Positions 41,050-50,851 of a DNA stretch of 64,000 nucleotides are shown here, one piece after another. Location of the stretch: positions 448,001 through 512,000 of the forward strand of contig CAWDOD010000003.1 in the NCBI GenBank assembly GCA_963803805.1. Reading direction: 5' to 3'. Positions within the stretch are counted from its first letter, which is position 1; each line of letters opens with the position of its first letter. The notes under the pieces were generated by a model. It had not been told where the DNA came from. It was given only the letters and a program-made list of their open reading frames with translations, and searched no databases. The DNA comes from an uncultured cyanobacterium. Its GTDB lineage: Bacteria; Cyanobacteriota; Cyanobacteriia; Cyanobacteriales; CAWCAG01. A program made the translations under genes and the position numbers.

Positions 41050-42471
41050 CTAGTCAAAATGCTTGATAATTGCCTCAGCAAACTCAGAACATTTTAAAGG
41101 TTCTACCGGAGGATTCATTAACCTAGCTAAATCATAAGTAACTTGTTGATTTGCGATCGCCCCACTCAAACCCTTATCAATTAAATCAGCAGCTTCTTGC
41201 CAACCTAAATAGGCAAGCATCATTTTTGCTGAGAGAATCAAAGAACCAGGATTAATCCGGTCTAAACCAGCGTGTTTTGGTGCTGTGCCGTGGGTAGCTT
41301 CAAAAATAGCACAACTATCACCAATATTAGCCCCTGGACCCATACCTAAGCCCCCGACGATTGCTGCAGCCGCATCAGAGAGATAGTCCCCATTAAGATT
41401 CATGGTCGCCAGGATAGAATACTCATCAGGTCTAGTTTGGATCTGTTGGAAAATGCTATCGGCAATGCGATCATTGACCATCACCTTGGCTTGCCATTTA
41501 CCATTACCGTGGCTTTCGCCAATGGCGTTTAAAACAGCTTCTACTTCTTGGCAAATTTCCTTTTGCTTTTCCGGAGTTAAAGAATCATAACCCGGATCAA
41601 TTTTCCGAGCATTATCTTCCACACTAAGTTTAGGATCACTATCTTTATTACTCAGAATCCAAGATTCCCTTTCGGTAATACAAGCATCACGAAATTCTGT
41701 AGTAGCTAATTCATAGCCCCAATCTCGAAATGCCCCTTCAGTGTATTTCATGATATTGCCCTTATGCACCAAAGTAACTTGCTGCTTAGCCTGGGGTAGA
41801 CGCAGGGCGTGTTGAATAGCACGACGTACTAAACGTTGCGAACCAGTCTTACTAATAGGTTTAATACCTATTCCTGAATCGAGGGGAATTTGTTTTTTAC
41901 CATGTTCCGGGGTGGCAGGAATTAACTCTTCATTGAGAATTTTAATCAATTTCTCGCCAATTTCTGTTCCCTTTGCCCATTCAATACCTAGATAGATATC
42001 CTCAGTGTTTTCTCGGTAAACAATAATATCTAACTTTTCCGGTGACTTATGGGGAGAAGGTGTACCAGGATAATAACGACAGGGACGGACGCAAGCATAT
42101 AAGTCATTGATTTGCCGCAAAGCCACATTGAGAGAGCGAATCCCTCCTCCTACAGGAGTTGTTAAAGGGCCTTTAATCGCTACACCGTACTCTCTAATTG
42201 CCGTCAAAGTATCTTCGGGTAAGTACTGATAAGTACCGTACTTCTCACAAGCCTCATCCCCGGCATAAATTTTAAACCAATTAATTTTGCGGCGATCCCC
42301 ATAGGCAGCTTTAACCGCAGCATCAATAGTCTTCTGAGTTGCAGGCCAAATATCTACACCTGTGCCATCACCACGAATAAAGGGGATAATCGGATCATCA
42401 GCAACCACTGGTTCTCCTTCAGTGAAAGTAATTCGAGAACCGACACTGGGAGGCTTAATTTTTTCGTACAT
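41050..42471 (-). CDS. icd: NADP-dependent isocitrate dehydrogenase
   Basis: GDGTGVDI, KGPLTTPVGGGIRSLN, VHKGNIMK, NLNGDYLSD, EATHGTAPK. Confidence 0.97.
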   Translation of the reverse strand: MYEKIKPPSVGSRITFTEGEPVVADDPIIPFIRGDGTGVDIWPATQKTIDAAVKAAYGDRRKINWFKIYAGDEACEKYGTYQYLPEDTLTAIREYGVAIKGPLTTPVGGGIRSLNVALRQINDLYACVRPCRYYPGTPSPHKSPEKLDIIVYRENTEDIYLGIEWAKGTEIGEKLIKILNEELIPATPEHGKKQIPLDSGIGIKPISKTGSQRLVRRAIQHALRLPQAKQQVTLVHKGNIMKYTEGAFRDWGYELATTEFRDACITERESWILSNKDSDPKLSVEDNARKIDPGYDSLTPEKQKEICQEVEAVLNAIGESHGNGKWQAKVMVNDRIADSIFQQIQTRPDEYSILATMNLNGDYLSDAAAAIVGGLGMGPGANIGDSCAIFEATHGTAPKHAGLDRINPGSLILSAKMMLAYLGWQEAADLIDKGLSGAIANQQVTYDLARLMNPPVEPLKCSEFAEAIIKHFD

Positions 42472-42764
42472 AACAAGTGTTAACTAGACTATGACATCTT
42501 TGGTAGGCTACCAGATATTAAAGAAAAAAACTCTTAGCAGTAAACACATTGGCAAAGATATTTTGAAAATTAGCCCCAGTTAGCGTTGTAAGTGCTAGGC
42601 TCTAGGGGTGTAAATTATTACTGGGTGTATTAAGAGCTTTTCAACCAAGCAGTTATTTTGATACTTGAAGGTAAGGAAATTTGTAAACATATAGGGTTTC
42701 CCTGAAATAGCTGCTGTAACTTAACTTGTGTGTCTAAGTAGATTGCCTGCATAACGAACGTAAA

Positions 42765-43487
42765 ATGAAAAGAATTTTAGTAGTAGACGATGACAAAACC
42801 CTGCGCATTGTTCTTAAGCGTTATTTGGAAAAACAGGGATACCAAGTTGAAGTAGTAGAATCAGGTAAGGAAGGATTAGTTGCTTTTAGTAAAAATCCTC
42901 CTGATTTAGTGGTTTCTGATGTGGTCATGCCAGAAATGGATGGTTTGACTTTCTGTCGCACCCTACGTTCTACCCCCTCTGGTCAATTAGTTCCTTTTAT
43001 CTTCCTTTCTTGTAAAGGACAATTAGAAGATAGGATTCAAGGACACTCTACAGGGGCAGATGACTATTTGACTAAACCTTTTGATACCAGGGAATTACTA
43101 GCAAAAATAGAAGTACAGCTAGAGCGTTCCCACCGTATCCACACAGAGATTGTTCGCTTGATGCAGAAGATGGTGACAGTAAATTCTGGAGCAACAACTT
43201 CTAGTCTTCCTACTGCAAATAATCACCAGCAAACTCATCAGCAAAAAGTAGAACAAGAAGCTAGTTCTAAACCTCAACCTTTACCCCTAACCCCTGCTGA
43301 GGAAAGGGTATTCTGGGAAGTAATTCAAGGGTTAACAAACAAACAAATCAGTCAGCTATTACTGATTAGTCCTCGTACAGTACAAACCCACTTGAGTAAC
43401 ATTTTGGGTAAGTTACAGCTAGAAAACCGCTCTCAATTAGTACGCTTTGCCTATGAACAGGGCTATCAAGTCTCTGGCAGGAATTAG
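42765..43487 (+). CDS. Response regulator, REC plus LuxR HTH (NarL family)
   Basis: VVDDD, DVVMPEMDG, KPF; LTPAEERV...GLTNKQI...TVQTHLSNIL. Confidence 0.9.
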   Translation: MKRILVVDDDKTLRIVLKRYLEKQGYQVEVVESGKEGLVAFSKNPPDLVVSDVVMPEMDGLTFCRTLRSTPSGQLVPFIFLSCKGQLEDRIQGHSTGADDYLTKPFDTRELLAKIEVQLERSHRIHTEIVRLMQKMVTVNSGATTSSLPTANNHQQTHQQKVEQEASSKPQPLPLTPAEERVFWEVIQGLTNKQISQLLLISPRTVQTHLSNILGKLQLENRSQLVRFAYEQGYQVSGRN

Positions 43488-43641
43488 AAACAGTGATGAA
43501 AGTTGGATGATCCAAGCTGTAGCCTCTAACCGATACAATTAACCATGACTGTATAAAAGAAAAGAGTAGAGACTACTACTCACTTTTTCAGAACCCAAAA
43601 ATTAACAACTATTAAGAATTTATATCTCAAAGAGTTTTTTT

Positions 43642-44370
43642 ATGACGGAGCAAAATATCGTCTCAGTCCAAAATCGAGACTCAGCGATCGCCCAATTACA
43701 GCGTCAGTTACACTCAGAGTCAGAGAAAAATCAGCTTAAGTTGATTCCTCAATTAGTAGAAGCAGGGGAACCAGGTTTAGAAGTATTGCAAGAATTTCTC
43801 TTACAACGGCAATTAGATTCTCCTGATCTAGTAGCGGGTAAAGTTTATCAAGTTCTTTACCAAAGCGAGAACTCCAGCAGCAAAGAATTTCTGCAAACTC
43901 ACTTTCCCACAGGATTAGTTCCCCTGAAAACAGATAAAAATATAGACTATCAACCTCTACAAAAACTTCTAGCTGAACAAGATTTTCAAGGGGCTGATCG
44001 CTTAACATTAGGAAAACTCTGCCAATTGGTTGGGGCTGAAGCCCAAAAAAGAAATTGGCTTTATTTTACTGAAGTCGATCAATTGCCAATCACAGATTTG
44101 CAAACCATTAATAACCTTTGGTTAAGCCATTCTGAAGGTAAATTCGGATTCTCTGTACAGCGAGAAATTTGGTTAGCCTTGGGCAAAGACTTTTCTAAAT
44201 TGTGGCATAAAATTAGTTGGAAGCAGAGTAACAATTGGACTCGCTATCCTAATGAATTTATTTGGAATCTTAGCGCTCCTAAAGGCCACCTTCCCCTCTC
44301 TAACCAACTTAGGGGAACTAGAGTAATTGCGGCTTTACTCTCTCACCAAGCTTGGTCAAAAAAATCTTAA
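43642..44370 (+). CDS. gun4: GUN4 (Ycf53) Mg-chelatase cofactor with N-terminal ARM-like domain
   Basis: ADRLT, SEGKFGFSVQ, WTRYP, APKGHLP, NQLRG. Confidence 0.9.
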   Translation: MTEQNIVSVQNRDSAIAQLQRQLHSESEKNQLKLIPQLVEAGEPGLEVLQEFLLQRQLDSPDLVAGKVYQVLYQSENSSSKEFLQTHFPTGLVPLKTDKNIDYQPLQKLLAEQDFQGADRLTLGKLCQLVGAEAQKRNWLYFTEVDQLPITDLQTINNLWLSHSEGKFGFSVQREIWLALGKDFSKLWHKISWKQSNNWTRYPNEFIWNLSAPKGHLPLSNQLRGTRVIAALLSHQAWSKKS

Positions 44371-44750
44371 CTGGAAAATTGTTTTAAGACAGACATAATT
44401 AAAAGCTAATCTGTAATACACTATATACTTGACCTCTACTTTACTCCAAATAGCAAAGTTAGTCTTTAAGACATTTATTTTTAATATCTCTGTCTGAAAG
44501 CGGGTTTATTTATTTAGTTTATTGAGGACAATTAAGAGCGAGTGTTGTTGCCGAAAATTATCCCACTCAGCGTATATCTACTAAAGAGTATGGTAAAAAT
44601 AAAGTTACCATGAAAATACCTTAAACTATCTGTTCTTGATATGTTTGTTAAACACAACTTCAGGGAACGTTAAGTGTAGCAGGCAACCTAAAAAAAACAG
44701 TCTTGTTTGGACAACAAATGCGAGCAGCCGATACAGGGATAGGGGCAAAT

Positions 44751-46298
44751 ATGAGCAACCCTAAAAACAATAGACTTTTTTGTCGTTTGGATGGTCTGAC
44801 CCCTACAGAACGAGAACAAAAACGACTTGCTGCCTTAAACAGTCTAGGTTTATTGGAGGTAGAAACAGCCCCAGTTTTTGATGAGGCAACCCAAACCGTA
44901 GCCCGCATTTTAGCAGCCCCCATTGGTGTTTTGAGCCTCATGGTGCAAGAGCAAGTTTGGCTGAAATCCACCCTAGGCTTATCTAGTATTGGCTTGATGA
45001 ACCAATTAGCAGTGTCGAGAAAAATACCCCGTGGGGAAGCTTTCTGCACTTTTGTTGTTGATAGTCAAAACAGCTTAGTTATTGAAGATACCCTAGAAGA
45101 TTTGGTATTTTCCCGTAGTACTTTAACCCAACATTACGGTATCCGTGCTTACCTGGGAGTGCCTTTGATGCAGTCTAATGGCAAGTGCTTAGGTAGTTTA
45201 GAAGTAATGGATATTGTACCTCGCCAATTCTCTGAGCAGGATATCCAATTTCTAATTATGACAGCCCGTTGGTGTCTCAGTGAGTTTGAACGTAATCGCC
45301 TCTGGGAAAATCAGCAGCGAGGTGGAGGATCACGGACAACCGAACCATCAACTTTTAGGCCGGAGTTTTCCCTCGAAGCAGCTAGAAATGCTAACATGAA
45401 AGGGTTTAATTCTCCTCTCAACTACCAGTCAGAATGGGATTCGTCTCCATCAGATTCCCCTTCTTCAACGGATGGGTTGAAAGTCAAACTATTAGCCCAA
45501 CTTACCCAAGAACTTAAAACTCCTTTGACTTCAGTTATGGGTATGGCTAGTGTTTTAGGTCATGAAGTCTACGGTCCTCTAACCAGAAAACAGAAAGAAT
45601 ATCTAGATATTATCCACAATAGCGGTCAGCATTTGCTTTCTTTAGTGGAGGAAATAGTTAATTTAGGAGTTATGGGGGAAGATACCCAAAGACTCAATTT
45701 AACTTCAGTAGATATAGAAATGCTTTGCCAACAAGCCATCAACAAGCTTACCCAAATGGCACAGCAGCAGGAACAGGAAATTCGCTTAAGCGTAGAACCA
45801 GGAAACCGGATCTGGCTTTTAGACAAAGAAAAGGTAAGACAAACCCTCTACTACTTAATCTTTAGCGTTATTGAATCTGCTGAAGCCGGAGGGGAAGTGC
45901 GGGTTCATGTTTCTCGCAAAGCTAGCAAGTTGCAAATTTCTGTTTGGGTTTCCCATCCTTGGTTAGGGGATGGTTTGCCTCAAATGGAATTGTATTCTCC
46001 TTTGATTAGTAATTATGGCAGTCAGGGCTTAGGAGCAATTTCAGGACTAAATGAAGAGCGGGAACTTTCCTATAACGGTCACTCAGAAGCTGTAACTTCT
46101 GGTATTACAGCCGCTTATAAAAAAGCCGAACAAAATAAAGACACTAACAAGAGTAATTCTCGCGAAATCCTTGGCTTACTCCTAAGCTGTCAACTAGCAG
46201 AAATGCACGGTGGTAAAATTTCTGTTCAAGGTTCTTTGGAATCAGGCTATCGCTACGTCCTCAATTTGCCTCAAATGTCTCCTGGAGAGCAAATTTGA
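44751..46298 (+). CDS. GAF sensor histidine-kinase-like protein lacking the H-box His
   Basis: GAF (IRAYLGVPL); HisKA reads LTQELKTPL; degenerate HATPase ending EMHGGKI; start uncertain (44718 or 44751). Confidence 0.8.
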   Translation: MSNPKNNRLFCRLDGLTPTEREQKRLAALNSLGLLEVETAPVFDEATQTVARILAAPIGVLSLMVQEQVWLKSTLGLSSIGLMNQLAVSRKIPRGEAFCTFVVDSQNSLVIEDTLEDLVFSRSTLTQHYGIRAYLGVPLMQSNGKCLGSLEVMDIVPRQFSEQDIQFLIMTARWCLSEFERNRLWENQQRGGGSRTTEPSTFRPEFSLEAARNANMKGFNSPLNYQSEWDSSPSDSPSSTDGLKVKLLAQLTQELKTPLTSVMGMASVLGHEVYGPLTRKQKEYLDIIHNSGQHLLSLVEEIVNLGVMGEDTQRLNLTSVDIEMLCQQAINKLTQMAQQQEQEIRLSVEPGNRIWLLDKEKVRQTLYYLIFSVIESAEAGGEVRVHVSRKASKLQISVWVSHPWLGDGLPQMELYSPLISNYGSQGLGAISGLNEERELSYNGHSEAVTSGITAAYKKAEQNKDTNKSNSREILGLLLSCQLAEMHGGKISVQGSLESGYRYVLNLPQMSPGEQI

Positions 46299-46334
46299 AA
46301 GAAAATAATCGCTAATTGTTAATAGAAAGGCTAT

Positions 46335-47726
46335 ATGTATTCTGCTTGGCAAAGATTTACTCTTTCTGACTTGAACCTTTATAGATGGAGAGGGGCAAGT
46401 TTTTTATACCGCTTAGTTGGTTTATTAAGTGGTTGGCGACAAGGAAGTTGGTTACTTCAGTGGGCAGAAACTATTGGACTATTACTAATCAGTCTGGTTT
46501 TGGTCACTGGACCTTTTGTTTCTACTTCCTTGATTGGTCTATTATTGGTAGCTTGTGGAAGCTATTGCTTTCTTTTCGTGGCGACGGATAATACCCGAAT
46601 AGTTTTGACTCCTGTACACTTACTGGTGTTTATGTATTGGGGCATTGCTACTGTTGCTACAGCATTTTCTCCAGTTAAGGAAGCTGCTTTTTCTGGTTGG
46701 ATCAAACTTACCCTTTATATTGTCTTTTTTGCTCTTGCTTCATTAATTTTACGTTCTGCTACCTTACGTTCTTGGGCAATTGGTATTTTTCTCCATGCCG
46801 CTTTAATAGTCAGCGTTTACGGCATCAGACAGGAGATTTTTGGGGCAGAACAATTGGCAACTTGGAATGATCCCACCTCGCAACTTGCCCAAGATACACG
46901 GGCTTATAGCTATTTAGGAAATCCTAATCTCTTAGCTGGATATTTATTAACCGCCGTAGCTTTAAGTCTGGCAGCTTTTTTTGTCTGGCGACTTTGGTTG
47001 CCAAAAATACTAGCAGCAACGATGATTTTGGTTAACACTGCTTGCCTATACTTTACTGATAGTCGTGGCGGTTGGATTGGGATGTTGGCTCTTATTTTAG
47101 TTTTTTTGCTCTTACTCCGCGTTTGGTGGGCTGCCTATTTACCAAGCTTTTGGCGTAAATGGCTGCTTCCTATAGTTTTTGGTTGTCTGGCAGCTTTTCT
47201 GATTGCGGCGGCGATTTTTGTTGAACCTTTACGGTTAAGGGTCATGAGTATTTTTGCCGGAAGGGAAGATAGTAGTAACAATTTCCGTATGAATGTTTGG
47301 GCAGCAGTTTTTAAAATGATTAGCGATCGCCCCTTAATTGGTATAGGTCCTGGTAATGATGCCTTCAATGCCATCTATCCCATTTACCAGCAACCCCGTT
47401 TCACTGCTTTAAGTGCTTATTCTATTTTCTTAGAAATTGCTGTAGAAACGGGTATTATCGGCTTATCAGCTTTCCTTTGGTTAATAATTGTCACCTATCA
47501 ACATGGTTACAGAACCTTGGTTGATTTACGGGAATCGGGTAATAAACAAGGATATTGGTTGATAGCTTCCCTAGCTGCTCTAGCTGGAATGTTAGCTCAC
47601 GGTGTTGTAGATACAGTTTGGTATCGCCCTCAAATTAGTAGTCTTTGGTGGTTGTCTATGGCAATTGTAGCCAGCTTTTATCAGTTATCAAATATGTCTA
47701 ACGACAACGGCAAAGCCGTACAATGA
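46335..47726 (+). CDS. ictB: IctB-family O-antigen-ligase-like membrane protein
   Basis: RAYSYLGNPNLLAGY, SRGGWIG, REDSSNNFRMNVW, GIGPGN, SAYS. Confidence 0.9.
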   Translation: MYSAWQRFTLSDLNLYRWRGASFLYRLVGLLSGWRQGSWLLQWAETIGLLLISLVLVTGPFVSTSLIGLLLVACGSYCFLFVATDNTRIVLTPVHLLVFMYWGIATVATAFSPVKEAAFSGWIKLTLYIVFFALASLILRSATLRSWAIGIFLHAALIVSVYGIRQEIFGAEQLATWNDPTSQLAQDTRAYSYLGNPNLLAGYLLTAVALSLAAFFVWRLWLPKILAATMILVNTACLYFTDSRGGWIGMLALILVFLLLLRVWWAAYLPSFWRKWLLPIVFGCLAAFLIAAAIFVEPLRLRVMSIFAGREDSSNNFRMNVWAAVFKMISDRPLIGIGPGNDAFNAIYPIYQQPRFTALSAYSIFLEIAVETGIIGLSAFLWLIIVTYQHGYRTLVDLRESGNKQGYWLIASLAALAGMLAHGVVDTVWYRPQISSLWWLSMAIVASFYQLSNMSNDNGKAVQ

Positions 47727-47822
47727 CAAATTGTCAGTTGATCTATTTTTAATTTGAACAAAATACAGCTCATCGATTACAAACTTTGTAGGTTTTACAA
47801 CCGATTAAGGTCAAACTCTTAA

Positions 47823-48290
47823 TCAGTAACGCTTTATAGCCCTTGCCATATCTCTTTGATCTTGCCGACTTTTAATGGTTTCTCGCTTATCGTGAACTTT
47901 CTTACCCTTACCTAAACCTAAAGCCACCTTAATCCAATCACCTTTAAAATACATCTTTAAAGGTACTAAAGTTAGGCCTTTTTGTTGTATTTGACCGATT
48001 AGTTTGTTAATTTGTTTGCGATGTAACAATAGTTTGCGAGTACGGCGGGGATCATGGTTGAAATACTCGCCGCTAGCTTGATAAGGGCCAATATAAAGGT
48101 TCAAAAGCCAAGCTTCTCCATCTCGCATCAACCCGTAAGCATCTCTGAGATTAATTCTGCCTTCCCGAATTGCTTTTACTTCTGTTCCTGTGAGTTGAAT
48201 TCCTGCTTCATAAGTTTCCAGGATTTCATAGAGATAACGGGCTTGACGGTTATCAGCAATGACTTTAAATCCTTCTGTATTTTTCCCCAT
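47823..48290 (-). CDS. smpB: SsrA-binding protein
   Basis: NRQARYLY, EAGIQLTGTEVK, RTRKLLLHR, GKGKKVHDKRE. Confidence 0.96.
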   Translation of the reverse strand: MGKNTEGFKVIADNRQARYLYEILETYEAGIQLTGTEVKAIREGRINLRDAYGLMRDGEAWLLNLYIGPYQASGEYFNHDPRRTRKLLLHRKQINKLIGQIQQKGLTLVPLKMYFKGDWIKVALGLGKGKKVHDKRETIKSRQDQRDMARAIKRY

Positions 48291-48571
48291 TGATACCCTC
48301 AAATTTTTAAGTAAAGTCTGGGCAGTTAGCTAACAAGAGCTTAACGACCTCTTAATATCATCTTAGAATGTTTAACTTGCTCCTAGATGATTAAAATCCT
48401 ATGGGATAGTTAGCATTGTTCCGTGTATTATGTGTATAATACATGGGAATCGCTTTTATATGACCTTGCTTGAAAAGTAACCATATTCAAAAAATCGCCA
48501 TTTAAAGTTTAATGTAACTCCTCTGCCAAAACTAGATTGCGAGTTACTTATTACAGCTTATTGGTAACGGA

Positions 48572-49156
48572 ATGAAAAGTTCTCGCTTAGTAAAGATCAG
48601 CAAATATCTCAGCTATCATCTACGCCATCATCCAGAAAAATTAAGTTTGCAAATTGAACCTGGAGGTTGGGTGAAAGTAGAAGAACTTTTAACTGCTTGT
48701 AGAAGAAATAATTTCTTGATTAACCGGAAAGAACTTGAAGAGGTAGTATCAGAAAATTATAAAAAACGCTTTTCTTTCGATGCTAAAGGTACTCGCATTC
48801 GCGCTAACCAAGGTCACAGTATTGCTGTAGATTTACAACTAAAAGAAATAACTCCACCAGCTATACTCTACCACGGCACAATCAAATCAGCCCTTGAGTC
48901 TATTTTAAAGCAAGGTCTGCAAAAAATGGCTCGTCATCACGTACATTTATCTGCTGATATTAACATAGCTAAAATTGTTGGTAAAAGGCGAGGTAAACCT
49001 ATTGTTCTTCAAATAAATGCTACGAAAATGTATGAGGAGAGTTATAAGTTTTTCTGTTCTAATAATGGCGTTTGGTTAGTAGATGAAGTTCCGCCACAGT
49101 ATTTACAGGAATTAGAGGATTTTTTCTCAGATCAGCAATTAAAACAATTCAAGTAG
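48572..49156 (+). CDS. kptA: RNA 2'-phosphotransferase (Tpt1/KptA)
   Basis: SKYLSYHLRH, KKRF, IRANQGHS, LYHGT, RHHVHLS, NGVWL. Confidence 0.92.
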   Translation: MKSSRLVKISKYLSYHLRHHPEKLSLQIEPGGWVKVEELLTACRRNNFLINRKELEEVVSENYKKRFSFDAKGTRIRANQGHSIAVDLQLKEITPPAILYHGTIKSALESILKQGLQKMARHHVHLSADINIAKIVGKRRGKPIVLQINATKMYEESYKFFCSNNGVWLVDEVPPQYLQELEDFFSDQQLKQFK

Positions 49157-49212
49157 CAAAAGCGCAAAAACTAGATTATAAACTGTAAATTATTTCAATA
49201 AAAGTCACATAT

Positions 49213-50421
49213 ATGTCTTCATTTTCTTTTTGGCAAAAAGATGGGGAGAAAAGTCCCTATCACAAAAAACAAGGATTGCTGAGTAACGGTTGGCGACCTT
49301 TGGAAAGAGAGTTCAATTGGGATTTTTTCTGGCATTTAGTTACTAATGATGGAGAAAAACTAGTCGAAGCAACTTTAGACATAACTAGCGATCTTGCTAA
49401 TGCTCTTGGTCGTAAAGAGTATGCTTGGTGGGCAAATATTTTCAACCTATTTGGGGAAGATATTCGCTATGAAATCGAAGAATTTTGGGAATATATTACC
49501 CCAGAAACTGTGACTCCAAATAGCCATACAGCTAAAGCAGTTATTAAGGTAGAAAGTCCGGTTAATCAAGAAGTTAGCCGCGATTCTATCCCCCTAGATT
49601 TTCTTCTCAAAAAGCTGCAAGAAATTACTATTTTTAGGATAGTTGATTTTTTGGGAACTCCAGATTTAATCACCCAAAATTATCAACAACGTTGTTTTTA
49701 TTATCCCTCTAGCCGTTTCCAAAGTTGGGAGCAGTTAGAAATAATTGGTGTACTCCATGCTTATTGGTCAAAATATCAAGTTTGGCTAGAAATTAATACT
49801 AGTGAAAGAGGAAAGCAAAACTATACTTTAATAGCAGATAGCCTTACTCCTTTGGTTAACAAAGCTACCTACAATTTAGCTGTAATGTTGAGTGGTTATC
49901 AAAGTAGAGTAGGGCAGGTCAATAGTCAGTATAAAATTCGTTCTTTCCCTGAAGCAATTCAGAGTTTTACTGATGTTGTACAACAAGCAATTTTAGATTG
50001 TCATCAATTGGCTGTATTAGTTCATGGTAAGCCTGGTACAGGCAAAACTGCTTGGACTCAAGCAGTAGCTAAAGAGATTTTAATGCCTCTTGGTTATGTG
50101 ATATTTATTTTAGATCATGATGCTATAGAAAATTTTGTTCCTCCCAGTTATTTAGAGCGTATTTGTATTATTGTTAATGAAGCAGATAACTTAGCTCAAA
50201 ACCGTGCTTCTGAGGTTGCCCAACGTAGTAACAAAACAGAACATATTCTTAGCTTGTTGGACGGAACTTTATACGAGAGTGTCATAGATGAAGAAGGTAC
50301 TAAGTGTCAACAAAAACTAGTGGTATTATTAACTTGTAATACTACAGAAAGATTAGATCCCGCCTTGTTAAGAAAGGGGAGAATAGATTTAATTAGTGAG
50401 TTTACCCACAAGTTTATTTAG
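49213..50421 (+). CDS. AAA-family ATPase with an uncharacterised N-terminal domain
   Basis: GKPGTGKT Walker A, IIVNEAD variant Walker B, LSLLDG, TCN...LDPALLRKGRID. Confidence 0.82.
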   Translation: MSSFSFWQKDGEKSPYHKKQGLLSNGWRPLEREFNWDFFWHLVTNDGEKLVEATLDITSDLANALGRKEYAWWANIFNLFGEDIRYEIEEFWEYITPETVTPNSHTAKAVIKVESPVNQEVSRDSIPLDFLLKKLQEITIFRIVDFLGTPDLITQNYQQRCFYYPSSRFQSWEQLEIIGVLHAYWSKYQVWLEINTSERGKQNYTLIADSLTPLVNKATYNLAVMLSGYQSRVGQVNSQYKIRSFPEAIQSFTDVVQQAILDCHQLAVLVHGKPGTGKTAWTQAVAKEILMPLGYVIFILDHDAIENFVPPSYLERICIIVNEADNLAQNRASEVAQRSNKTEHILSLLDGTLYESVIDEEGTKCQQKLVVLLTCNTTERLDPALLRKGRIDLISEFTHKFI

Positions 50422-50440
50422 TGAAGTGTGGAACGGAGTA

Positions 50441-50561
50441 GTAAGCTGTCAGGCATTTAATTTACTTATTAGGTTTGATGAGGAGATAGGGAGATGGGGG
50501 AAGGGTTTTAGGGCTGATTTCCTAGTTTAGTAATACACAGTTTAAATGCACATCAGCTTAC
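50441..50561. mobile_element. Putative MITE (121 bp)
   Basis: Imperfect TIRs GTAAGCTGTCAGGCATTTAA / TTAAATGCACATCAGCTTAC; left 18 bp repeated at 26132-26149. Confidence 0.6.
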
Positions 50562-50780
50562 CACCTGGGATCTTATCTTGAATGTTCCTCCCTCACTAAA
50601 CACCTTGAATCTACTACCATTAGAAAGGCTAAAAGCCAATCAGGGAAACTGCTTTAACACAATCTAAAGAAAACCTTAAGCTAGAATAGATTTGGGTCTA
50701 TAATAACTTATATTAAAAGTACTAAAGATAAATACCGCTAGCTGAACGACGTATAAAAAAGCTAGCACTATAACGAATTG

Positions 50781-50805
50781 CACCCAACCTTTCGCAGGTT
50801 GGGTG
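50781..50805. terminator. Hairpin, likely terminator
   Basis: CACCCAACCT-TTCGC-AGGTTGGGTG perfect 10-bp stem. Confidence 0.65.
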
Positions 50806-50851
50806 TATATTTTTAATCGTACTTTTTTCAGTGAAGGATTTTCCTTACTCC

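Noticed and set aside
42472..42764. NtcA boxes upstream of icd (and of argZ)
   Set aside because: No correctly spaced GTA-N8-TAC found by eye
47823..48571. tmRNA (ssrA) beside smpB
   Set aside because: No tmRNA-like ends or tag reading frame recognised in the flanking regions
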